From an uncultured Clostridia bacterium (lineage in GTDB: Bacteria > Bacillota > Clostridia > Christensenellales > UBA1242), in assembly GCA_934747255.1 (NCBI GenBank), contig CAKVGH010000001.1:18023-82022 (forward strand): a stretch of 64,000 nt of DNA, read 5' to 3'. Position 1 is the stretch's first letter; every line of letters starts with the position of its first letter. Below the pieces are notes generated by a model, which saw only the letters and a program-made list of their open reading frames with translations, was not told the origin of the DNA and ran no database searches. A program made the position numbers and the translations under genes. Shown one piece after another: positions 48,255 through 57,075 of the stretch.

Positions 48255-48638
48255 CTAATCAATAATTTTGCAATATGCTTTAATGTTTTGATTAACCTTT
48301 TTTATATCGCTTGCTAAAACGATAATCTTGCACTCTTTTGGTAGTGCGACTCCACTGATAGTTTTGTACTTGATAAGTTCGTAAAACTTTTCTTGATTGT
48401 ACTCATCAACACTATCAATTTTATCAATAACAATAGTTTTACTTGCTCCATTTTTTACTATATCGTAAAACCATTTTGGTGATTTTAAGCCTTCTTTTTG
48501 TGCGGTTATTCCAAGGTCATAAGAATTTAGCGTTGCAGGTAAAATTGTGGCTGAATCGAAATCTTCCTTTTTTAATTTTGTAGTTAGTATTACAGAATTT
48601 GTTGCGTCATTTAATATCTCTAACACATTATTTAACAT
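48255..48638 (-). CDS. small AAA-like protein lacking Walker A (degenerate half-ATPase)
   Basis: TIVIDKIDSVDEYNQEKFYELIKYKTISGVALPKECKIIVLASD parallels the Walker-B/sensor region of the upstream ATPase (VLFIDELTNVKPTVQSLIYSIV...LPDNAVVIGAGN). The start overlaps the ATPase stop (AAGGAG-atgtca-ATG). Confidence 0.45.
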   Translation of the reverse strand: MLNNVLEILNDATNSVILTTKLKKEDFDSATILPATLNSYDLGITAQKEGLKSPKWFYDIVKNGASKTIVIDKIDSVDEYNQEKFYELIKYKTISGVALPKECKIIVLASDIKKVNQNIKAYCKIID

Positions 48639-49692
48639 TGACATCTCCTTCATCTTCCATAATTCCAGCAATTAACAATGCTCTATCGTCATTTTCTCCA
48701 ATCCAAGTCAAATCAAATTGAGCAAGTACTTCTTCGCCCAAGTATTTTTTAACAAATACTCTTACTGGTTTAATTTGTTTTTCATTCGCATCAGTTAGTG
48801 CCATTGCTGTTGCAATTTTTTTATCTACGCCCATTTGAACCAATCTATTTTTATCATAGTTTTTATTTAAGACATCTTCAACTGACAATGGTATTTCCTT
48901 AACATATTGAACGAAATCAGCAGTCAACTCTGCACCGATAGCCATTAAAAGACTGTTTGGATTTTTGGTTGCATACAAAAGATGGCTTGCAATTTCCCAT
49001 TTTCTAGGGTCAACGCAAATTTTTGGTTCATCTTCATCATAGTCACTATATAAGACATTTTCTCCCCTAGACCTAATATAACTATAAATTGCTGGGTGCA
49101 ATTTTTTGCTTGGTTTTTCGCTAACTTCTATTTCTTCTGCCTTTGATGTATCGCTTATATCATTTGCCCAGTTAAGAAAATCAGCAACATTTACTTCGTA
49201 GTAAATATGGCAAAATCTTCTATACAAAGCACCTGTCAATGGGTATGCTGCACTTACATCAGCCGCTTCGTTACCTGCACCAATAACAACCGCGTTGTCT
49301 GGAAGTGGCCAAAGACCATCTTTTCCTTTTCTGTCCAAAACAATAGAATAAATCAAACTTTGAACTGTTGGTTTTACATTGGTCAACTCATCGATAAATA
49401 ACACATGCATTTTATTTGGTTCATCTTTGCACTTTTTTACCAACTGTGTGTACCAAAGTGGTGGAATATACTCCCCTGTTTCACGATTCAAAACACCGTC
49501 TATTTCTTCTGGGTTCATTTGTGGTCTTAAAGTAATAAAGGTTGCTGTTGGGTCAATTTGTCTTACTCTCGAAGATTTACCAACACCACTAGGTCCGTGA
49601 AGGAAAACGCTGACATTTGCTTTAACACAATCTAAAAGCATTTGGTCGTTTGTTAAAGGCTTAAAATTAAAATTATATGGATTATTTTTCAT
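48628..49692 (-). CDS. MoxR/AAA_5-like AAA+ ATPase
   Basis: Walker A LHGPSGVGKS, Walker B VLFIDELT, sensor GAGNEA, arginine YRRF. Start refined to MKNNPYNF after AAGGAGAAAAGTT. Confidence 0.7.
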   Translation of the reverse strand: MKNNPYNFNFKPLTNDQMLLDCVKANVSVFLHGPSGVGKSSRVRQIDPTATFITLRPQMNPEEIDGVLNRETGEYIPPLWYTQLVKKCKDEPNKMHVLFIDELTNVKPTVQSLIYSIVLDRKGKDGLWPLPDNAVVIGAGNEAADVSAAYPLTGALYRRFCHIYYEVNVADFLNWANDISDTSKAEEIEVSEKPSKKLHPAIYSYIRSRGENVLYSDYDEDEPKICVDPRKWEIASHLLYATKNPNSLLMAIGAELTADFVQYVKEIPLSVEDVLNKNYDKNRLVQMGVDKKIATAMALTDANEKQIKPVRVFVKKYLGEEVLAQFDLTWIGENDDRALLIAGIMEDEGDVNVK

Positions 49693-49891
49693 AACTTTTC
49701 TCCTTACGCTTAATAATAACATAAATGTTATTTATTTTCAATACTTTTGAAAAAATTGTTGCTTTCTTTTTTTATTGCATTATAAAAAACAGTATCAATT
49801 AGTTTTGATACCATTTTTTATCTTAAAAATTAAAAGGAGCAATAATGAGTTTAATTAAGAAATTTCATAAAGATTCTAGCACAAAAACTGA

Positions 49892-50899
49892 TTATTCTAG
49901 CGGAGAAATATTGACTATTTTTTCGTTTTGAATATCAATTAAATATGTTTTTACCTTTTCCTTTTTGCTATCTACTAGTGTAACTGTGTTTTGATTAAAC
50001 AAATGACTTAAATCATATACTTCGTCAAAATCGCCAAAATATTGCGACAAATGATTTTGACTAATTTTGTTTGAAAGTTCTTGCGATAAATATTGCTTGC
50101 AAAGAGAAAGATTTTTTACTCTCGCACTTTCAAAAAAAGCAAGTTTAGTCAATTTAGTATTATATAAGATTTTTGGCGAGTTTTTTAGGTAAACCGCATA
50201 TTCTTCTGCTAACACCAATTTATCGTTTGATAATTGATACTTTTTGACAAGTCCTTGTTTTTGCATACTTGCAAACTTTGTAAGTGATAAAAAGCCTTGT
50301 GTAGTCTGTTCAATTGAAGTAATATCATCTTCCAAAATAATTTCATTTTGCTCATTGAGTACTATTAAATGATTTTTATCGCCAGCAAAAAGTTCAAAAA
50401 ATATCAAGTTGTTATGCGATGTAACACTTGCTCGATTACAAATAAGGTTTCTAGTGATAATAGTTTCTCCACCACAGATTATGTTTAATTTTTCGTCTTG
50501 ATATACTTCGTAATCATTAAAAAGAGTGCTTATTTTATCAAGCGTAACCATTGATGAAACAAACTGTTTTTTGTATAGTCTTAACAAGTAATTTTGCCTA
50601 TCTACTCTATAAAGTTTTGCAAAAACATTGTTTGAATTAAACTCATTAACATTGCTAGTCAAAGCAAATGAGTATTCACAAAGTCCGCCACAGCAAGTTG
50701 GACAGACTCTTAAAAAACTATCGTCTTGGCTCACACTAACATTATTTTCCATACCACTCTTAATTAAATAAGAGTTATTATCAACCATTAAGATGCAATC
50801 AAAATCACTAAAAATTATCAAATTCATATTCTGCCTCAAACTATTATATTCGTCAAAAAAGTATTTTATTTGCTGATTAAGATAAACCTTTAAGGACAA
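49892..50899 (-). CDS. hypothetical protein (start uncertain; CPTCCGGLC Cys cluster)
   Basis: Long ORF. The track start is TTG, only 20 nt from the divergent gene. An internal ATG (MNLIIFSD) is also plausible. Confidence 0.35.
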   Translation of the reverse strand: MSLKVYLNQQIKYFFDEYNSLRQNMNLIIFSDFDCILMVDNNSYLIKSGMENNVSVSQDDSFLRVCPTCCGGLCEYSFALTSNVNEFNSNNVFAKLYRVDRQNYLLRLYKKQFVSSMVTLDKISTLFNDYEVYQDEKLNIICGGETIITRNLICNRASVTSHNNLIFFELFAGDKNHLIVLNEQNEIILEDDITSIEQTTQGFLSLTKFASMQKQGLVKKYQLSNDKLVLAEEYAVYLKNSPKILYNTKLTKLAFFESARVKNLSLCKQYLSQELSNKISQNHLSQYFGDFDEVYDLSHLFNQNTVTLVDSKKEKVKTYLIDIQNEKIVNISPLE

Positions 50900-50919
50900 A
50901 ATTGTTATGGAGATAAAAT

Positions 50920-51780
50920 ATGAAATATAATTGGACAGATGCAGAAATAAAATCGCTATTTAATAAGGTAGAAGAATGTAAGAAAAATTCAAAGCCCGTT
51001 TTGGACGCTTTTTACTTTCACGCCAAAAAATATAGTCGTAAGCCACTTTCGGTACGGAATTTTTATTATCAAAAAATTGATGAGATAGTTGAAAACAAAA
51101 AGTTGCAAAAGCAACTTGCAATCAACATTAAACTTCACGAAAAAGATAATTACGCCAAGTTTGATGAACGCCAAACCGAAAAATTACTTGCGTTTATCAA
51201 ACAAAGACAAAAGGAAGGCAAATCAGTTAGGAGTGCGTGTATGGAACTATCAAACAATGATGCAACAAAACTTGTTAGGTTGCAAAATAAATTTAGAGCA
51301 GAACAATTAAAACTAAAAAAACAAAATGATATCGCAAAAAGCGAACTATCTTCTACTAGCAAAAATGTTAAGTCAAACGAGGTTTTTACCCCACTAGATG
51401 AAAATGCTAATTTAATAGCCAACAATGGCACAAAAAATTCCATACAAAACAATAATCAAAATGTAATATCTTTCCCCGTTGAAAACAAACTAACTCAAAC
51501 TCCACTAAACGATGCCGAAATTCAAAGTTTGTTTTTAGGACTTGTTAAACTAATCAAAAAAACAGCCAAACACAGTTTGGAACAAGAATTTCAAAAAGAA
51601 CGAGATAATTTTTCCGTTATAATTCGTGACAACGCAATAGAACTCGCTGGGAAAAGTGAAAAATTAGGGCAAGTGCTTTGCGAAAACGAAAAACTTTCAA
51701 AACAAGTGATTGACCTAAAACAAAAACTTGAACAATTACGAGCCGAATTTAGCCAAAAATTAAATTTAGAAAAAAATTAA
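50920..51780 (+). CDS. Myb/SANT-like (RsfA-type) N-terminal domain protein with a C-terminal coiled coil
   Basis: NWTDAEIKSLFNKVEE...AFYFHAKKYSRKPLSVRNFYYQKI resembles the W-x-x-x-E/L...R-N Myb-like pattern of RsfA-family regulators. GGAG RBS. Confidence 0.35.
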   Translation: MKYNWTDAEIKSLFNKVEECKKNSKPVLDAFYFHAKKYSRKPLSVRNFYYQKIDEIVENKKLQKQLAINIKLHEKDNYAKFDERQTEKLLAFIKQRQKEGKSVRSACMELSNNDATKLVRLQNKFRAEQLKLKKQNDIAKSELSSTSKNVKSNEVFTPLDENANLIANNGTKNSIQNNNQNVISFPVENKLTQTPLNDAEIQSLFLGLVKLIKKTAKHSLEQEFQKERDNFSVIIRDNAIELAGKSEKLGQVLCENEKLSKQVIDLKQKLEQLRAEFSQKLNLEKN

Positions 51781-51796
51781 AAAAAATTTTGAAAAA

Positions 51797-51823
51797 TTGG
51801 CACTCAATAGTTGACAGTGCTAG
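51797..51823 (+). promoter_or_regulatory. CIRCE-like inverted repeat (putative HrcA operator)
   Basis: TTgGCACTC-N9-cAGTGCTAg matches the consensus TTAGCACTC-N9-GAGTGCTAA at 15 of 18 positions. Confidence 0.5.
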
Positions 51824-51839
51824 CGAATAGAGTTATAAT
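51811..51839 (+). promoter_or_regulatory. consensus sigma-A promoter of hsp20
   Basis: TTGACA (51811..51816), 17 nt, TATAAT (51834..51839). The -35 lies inside the CIRCE-like repeat. Confidence 0.65.
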
Positions 51840-51896
51840 ATTGCCGATTGATAACTAAAAAGGCAATCAATCCGTATTATGTTGGAGGTATTTAAT

Positions 51897-52343
51897 ATGA
51901 AAAAAGATTATAACGATTTAGCATTATTTGATGAAGGTGATTTGGGATTATCTATCTTAAACGACTTGTTTGGAGTTCCAAAATTTAGACGAGATGAAAG
52001 AGAAATGAATCATCTACTAAAAACTGATATTAAGGAAAACGAAGATAGTTATGCCCTAGAAGTTGAAATGCCTGGTGTAAATAAGCAAGACATCAATTTG
52101 GAACTTAAAAAAGGTTACTTGACTATCTCTGCTGAAAAGCATTCATCAAATGATGAAAAAGACAAAAAAGGCAATTATGTGCGTAGAGAAAGATTTTATG
52201 GTTCAACAAGCCGTTCGTTCTATGTTGGCAACGATGTAAAAGAAGAAGACATTAAGGCAAGCCTTAACAATGGCGTTTTGAACATTGAAATTCCAAAAGT
52301 AAAACCACAAATCGAACAAACAAAGAAAATTGAAATCAAATAA
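51897..52343 (+). CDS. Hsp20/alpha-crystallin small heat-shock protein
   Basis: DIKENEDSYALEVEMPGVNKQDINLELKKGYLTISAEK...GVLNIEIPK. Start refined to the ATG after GGAGG. Confidence 0.85.
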   Translation: MKKDYNDLALFDEGDLGLSILNDLFGVPKFRRDEREMNHLLKTDIKENEDSYALEVEMPGVNKQDINLELKKGYLTISAEKHSSNDEKDKKGNYVRRERFYGSTSRSFYVGNDVKEEDIKASLNNGVLNIEIPKVKPQIEQTKKIEIK

Positions 52344-52568
52344 TAACTCTGTTTTTCGATAAAAAATCAAAAAGTTTACCATTTTTTAATAAAAAAACTG
52401 CATTTTATTGCAGTTTTTTTAATTTTTTTATAAATTTCAATTAGTTTTTATGCCGCCATTTTGAAAATAACTTTTATAAAAGCATATTTTATCTAATCGC
52501 TTTGTCTACTCTTTTTTATTCTCTGTAAAAAATTATTTATCATAATTTTGAGTCAACAAAGACGGTTA

Positions 52569-54359
52569 CTACATTTTTTCTGGTGCGTTTACCGAAATGC
52601 AATTTAGAGCATTTGCCATAACTTCCTTAACGCACTTAACAAAAGCCATCATTGATTTTGTATGCGACACATTTTCGGTATCAATTAGCCTAATATCTGT
52701 TCCCCATATCGAGTGGAAAAGTGAAGCAAAATCTCTCAAATAATCAACAATCAAGTGTGGCGAATGTTTTTCGGCTGACGACAAAATTACTTGTGGGTAT
52801 TTTGCCATAAACACAGTGAGTTCCTTTATGAGTTTTGGGCAATCTGTCATTAGTCCCTGCAAATCTTTTTTGTCAAATTCGTAATCACTACCAAACTTTG
52901 CCTTGTAATTTCTTAAAACAGAGTTTGCTCTTGCATAAGCATACTGAATATAGTAAACCAAATTTTCTTTTGATTTTTCCTTAATCTTTACCAAATCAAA
53001 AGTCATTTGTGTGTCGGCACTTTTTGAAAGCATAAAGAGTTTTAATTCATCAACATTTATCGTCTTTGCAACATCGCTGAGTAATACAAATGTGCCTTTT
53101 CGTTTAGACATTTTGAAAGGTTCGCCATTTTTTTCTAGTGCTACCATTTGGCAAAGAATAATCTCTAATTTTGCTTGGTGATTTGAAATTGCGTCAACGG
53201 CACTTGTAATTCGCTTAACATAACCGCCGTGGTCTGCACCGAAAATGTTAATCATTGTATTAAAGCCCCTATCAAACTTATCTTTATGATAGGCTATATC
53301 GCTTGCAAAATATGTTGTTGTTCCGTCTGGTCGCATAACAACTCTGTCCTTGTCATCGCCAAACAATGTTGACCTAAACAATGTTTGAAGTTCGTTAGAA
53401 TACTTTGATTCTTCCTGTTCTTCTTCGTTAGCACTGCCACCAATTGGAGCATCAAGTTTTCCTTTGTAAATGTAAGAAAGTTCTTCCTGCTCGCCGTTTT
53501 CGTTTGTAACTACCTTTTTCATTTTAGATAGATAGTCAATCGCTTCGGTTATTTTTCCAGCATTTACAATATCGGTTTCGGATACAAAAGAGTCATATTC
53601 AAGCCCTAAAAGTCTTAAATCTCCCTTAATGATTTCCATCATAGCATCAACGATTTCTTTTTTGAAAATTTTATAAAAATCTTCTTCACTCATTGACACA
53701 TATTTGTCGCCATATTTCTTTGCGAAAGAATTTGCATAGTCAACCAAGTATTCACCTGGATAGCAACCTTCTGGCATACTTTCGTTTTTATGCAAGCCAA
53801 AATTTTGTTCATATCTAAATTGCACAGATTTTACCAAAGTTCTTATTTGAACGCCGTAGTCGTTAATGTAGTACTCTTTTGTAACATCGTAGCCTGCTTT
53901 ACGCATAAGCCTGTCAATAGCAAGACCAAGTATTGCCCCTCTGCAATGTCCCACATGAAGTGGACCAGTTGGATTAGCAGATATAAATTCAAGCAAAACT
54001 TTACCCTTTGGGTCACCTTTGCCAAAATTATCTTTTTCAGCAAGAATACCAGCCAAAAAATCTTCCCACAAACTTTCCTTAAATACGATATTTATATAGC
54101 CATTAACTACACTAACTTGTTTTACATAATCTAGTTCCGCAATCTTACTAGATAGTTCTTGTGCAATAATGTTTGGAGCTTTTTTTAGTACCCTAGCAAA
54201 AACCATCGCTACATTTGTTGAATAATCACTACCTGTTTGTGTTGGTGGAATACTAAACTTAACATTACTAGCAAGTCTTTCGTTTTCGTCATAGATAGAT
54301 CCTACATAGTCTTTTATTACCTTTAATAAGTCTTCATTTACAATTTTGAATAAATCCAT
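52569..54359 (-). CDS. argS: arginyl-tRNA synthetase
   Basis: HIGH-type motif SANPTGPLHVGHCRGA, KMSKRKG, C-terminal DALR-type anticodon-binding domain. Confidence 0.9.
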   Translation of the reverse strand: MDLFKIVNEDLLKVIKDYVGSIYDENERLASNVKFSIPPTQTGSDYSTNVAMVFARVLKKAPNIIAQELSSKIAELDYVKQVSVVNGYINIVFKESLWEDFLAGILAEKDNFGKGDPKGKVLLEFISANPTGPLHVGHCRGAILGLAIDRLMRKAGYDVTKEYYINDYGVQIRTLVKSVQFRYEQNFGLHKNESMPEGCYPGEYLVDYANSFAKKYGDKYVSMSEEDFYKIFKKEIVDAMMEIIKGDLRLLGLEYDSFVSETDIVNAGKITEAIDYLSKMKKVVTNENGEQEELSYIYKGKLDAPIGGSANEEEQEESKYSNELQTLFRSTLFGDDKDRVVMRPDGTTTYFASDIAYHKDKFDRGFNTMINIFGADHGGYVKRITSAVDAISNHQAKLEIILCQMVALEKNGEPFKMSKRKGTFVLLSDVAKTINVDELKLFMLSKSADTQMTFDLVKIKEKSKENLVYYIQYAYARANSVLRNYKAKFGSDYEFDKKDLQGLMTDCPKLIKELTVFMAKYPQVILSSAEKHSPHLIVDYLRDFASLFHSIWGTDIRLIDTENVSHTKSMMAFVKCVKEVMANALNCISVNAPEKM

Positions 54360-54716
54360 AATTTTTTTCCTTTTATTTTTATAAGCAATTTATTATATCA
54401 TAATATTACAAAAAAACAATTAGTTTTTTGGTTGTTTGTTTTTTTGGAATTAAAAAATCGCTAGAAGTTTTCTAACGACTTTTTTATTATTTTTGTTTTG
54501 AAAAAAGAAAAATTTTCAATTTTTTTATGAAATTTTACTGATTTTTTTGAAAAAAACTGCATTATTTCATATTTTTTTACATTTTTTCCAAAAAATTTTT
54601 GCAATCGTAATCAATTCAATAAACTAACATTTTTATCTACAAATAGTAAAAATTTGTTTTCACATTTTTCTTTTAATAATTATTGAATAATAGTTTAAGT
54701 GCAAATGATTTGAAAA

Positions 54717-55229
54717 TTAAACCCATTGTTCTACTTGTTCGTCATCAGCATAAGTTTTAATGCCAAAATGTTTTTGAGCAAGTTTAACTGCTTCCAAAAT
54801 TTGATTTTTACCAACATCGCCCCAACCTAAAAGTTTAATTGCTTGATTTGGAGTTGTAAAAAGTCTGTCGTAAGTATCCCCATTGTCTGGGTCAGGTTGT
54901 TTAACCCCCACTTTGTCCACTAACGCTGTCATACGCATTTGAGCATAAGGTGGCTTGCCATTTTCTTCATCAACTTCTTGGTAACCAACACTTATCAATT
55001 TTGACTGCAATGTGGTATTAAGCTCTTCCACCATTTCTCGTCTTAAAGTAGCGTCCCTGCTATCATCAAAATTTTCTGGTGTTCCGCCCCCAAACGAATA
55101 AACTCTTCTGTCTTTTTTGTTTTCAACCTTTAACAAAACCAAACCATCTGCATTGAAAACAATTCCGTAAACCTGAGTCACCTTTAAGTTTTGTGGTACA
55201 TTACCACTATGCCAAACAAATTTTGCCAT
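54717..55229 (-). CDS. Nudix-like hydrolase (box slightly degenerate)
   Basis: GGGTPENFDDSRDATLRREMVEEL. Start refined to MAKFVWHSG after AAAGGAGGGAAAAAGT. Confidence 0.5.
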   Translation of the reverse strand: MAKFVWHSGNVPQNLKVTQVYGIVFNADGLVLLKVENKKDRRVYSFGGGTPENFDDSRDATLRREMVEELNTTLQSKLISVGYQEVDEENGKPPYAQMRMTALVDKVGVKQPDPDNGDTYDRLFTTPNQAIKLLGWGDVGKNQILEAVKLAQKHFGIKTYADDEQVEQWV

Positions 55230-55418
55230 ACTTTTTCCCTCCTTTTTATTAACTTTAAGCAGTATAACAAAATATAAAATATTTTGCAATACTTAAATAA
55301 AAAAATAAACCTAGCCGTTTTATAAAAAATTTAATATAGTTTTGATTAAATTTGAATACTAAAATATATTTTATAAAAATAAAAAATCACTTATCATAAG
55401 ACAAAGTGATTTTTATAT

Positions 55419-55494
55419 TGGAGCTACTGGGCGGGCTTGAACCGCCGACCTACGCGTTACGAGTGCGTTGCTCTACCAACTGAGCCACAGTAGC
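55419..55494 (-). tRNA. tRNA-Thr(CGU), CCA encoded
   Basis: GCTACTGTGGCTCAGTTGGTAGAGC..., anticodon loop CTCGTAA, GGTTCAAGCCC T-arm. A terminator hairpin lies at 55381..55415. Confidence 0.85.
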
Positions 55495-55746
55495 ATATCA
55501 TACTTTTTGTTCTTCTGCTATCCTTTTTTGTTTATAAGGGGTTTTTGTTTACGGTAGCCCCAAGGTCTTCCGGTCGCAATTACAAATTGCTCTCCGCTTT
55601 GGCTAACAATATTTAGTTTTAATTAAATTTATATTAGCGTTTTATCAGTTTTATGTTTAATAACAAAATGGCGACAAAATTTTAACAAAAAAATGCGACA
55701 ATAAATATTATCACATTTTTTATTTATTTTCAAGTAAAATAAAGTT

Positions 55747-57075
55747 TTAATCAATATTACTAATTATTACATCTACAAAAAACTCCACATCTTGCATATA
55801 GTCCCATTTATTATCAAGGGTGTCCAAATATTTATACCACTTTTTTGGAGCAAAACGCTCAAAAGTAGTATAGGTATCAAACAAGTCCAATTTAAGTTCT
55901 TTTGTCAAATTTACGGCACTTGAAATATCTAGTTTTATTTTTTCCACAATTTTGGCTTTTGCCTGTGGGGACAAAAAGTCTATGTTATCGTTCGTAACAG
56001 ATGATGATGAAAGTTCGTTTTTAATTTCTTCCACTCGTAATTTGTAGTTGATTGTATAATATACTCTTGGTTTATTGTTTTTAGAAAATCCAATAGTTTT
56101 AGTAGTTAAGGCCGCTCTAATACTCAAAGATAAACTTGCATTTGTCAAAACATCATCAGTAACATTATCAACAGTAAATAGTCCTTTTGTTCCATTATTT
56201 GTTAAAACTCCAAACCCAGCAACTTGTTCGGCATCAAGAATTTTTACTAACTTTCCTTCATTAAAAATTGCTGTTTTTCCATCATTTGATAAATACTGTT
56301 GTTTTTTTGAGTCTTGACTATCACCGCCTGACGAACTTGAACTATCGCTAGATTGACCACCGCCTTCACTCGTTTCTCGGCCACCTGACTGACTATCACC
56401 ACCACTTGAATCTCCGCCTTCTCCGCCACCGCCAGAACTAGATTCACCAGTTTGTAAGGCAGAAATGCCATTATACTCTTGGGTAACAAGTGACATTACA
56501 GGTACAAAACAAGCCCCATGATTTTCGTAGTAAACCTTGTAAAAATTTGATAAAAGCATAGATTTTGACTTTAAATATTGATTATTAAACTGAGCAATAT
56601 CATTTAGGTTTCGATTAAAGTTTTTATCAATCTCAACAGCCTTTTTTAATATTGCTTTTGATGAGCCTTCACAAAAAATTAGTTGAGCATTGTAATTCAC
56701 TCTTTTGCTTCTTAATACTTGGTCTATGATTTCAATGATATTATCATCTTTTAATGATTCACCAATTAAAATAGTACTACAATGTGAAAGTCCTAAAATT
56801 TTACCAATGTGAATAGATAGTCCGTTAATTGCTTCGGTACTATTTATTCCAATCGAACTTATTACTTGTGCATTTTGATTATATGTGGTTTCATATCTAG
56901 GCACTATAATTTCTGCCGATACTTCGTACTTTTCTTCCGCCAATTTGTCAACACCCATTGCAACAACAATACTCCTGTCTTCGGTTTGTGCGTGCAAAGA
57001 AATACTACTAGGTACAAGTAGAGCCATTATAATGATAAAAATAATCCAAAGGCTATTTTTCCACAGACTTCTCAT
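55747..57075 (-). CDS. gerAC: Ger(x)C-family germinant receptor C subunit with a G/S-rich insert and no lipobox Cys
   Basis: EDRSIVVAMGVDK N-terminal block; operon position after gerAA and gerAB; overlaps gerAB by 23 nt. Confidence 0.7.
   Translation of the reverse strand: MRSLWKNSLWIIFIIIMALLVPSSISLHAQTEDRSIVVAMGVDKLAEEKYEVSAEIIVPRYETTYNQNAQVISSIGINSTEAINGLSIHIGKILGLSHCSTILIGESLKDDNIIEIIDQVLRSKRVNYNAQLIFCEGSSKAILKKAVEIDKNFNRNLNDIAQFNNQYLKSKSMLLSNFYKVYYENHGACFVPVMSLVTQEYNGISALQTGESSSGGGGEGGDSSGGDSQSGGRETSEGGGQSSDSSSSSGGDSQDSKKQQYLSNDGKTAIFNEGKLVKILDAEQVAGFGVLTNNGTKGLFTVDNVTDDVLTNASLSLSIRAALTTKTIGFSKNNKPRVYYTINYKLRVEEIKNELSSSSVTNDNIDFLSPQAKAKIVEKIKLDISSAVNLTKELKLDLFDTYTTFERFAPKKWYKYLDTLDNKWDYMQDVEFFVDVIISNID

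Noticed and set aside
54360-54716. Possible T-box leader upstream of argS.
   Set aside because: I looked for the conserved T-box core (AGGGTGGNACCGCG, i.e. CGCGGTNCCACCCT on the plus strand) and a specifier-loop context. Neither is present. The hairpin at about 54447..54485 is more simply the terminator of the upstream Nudix-like gene.
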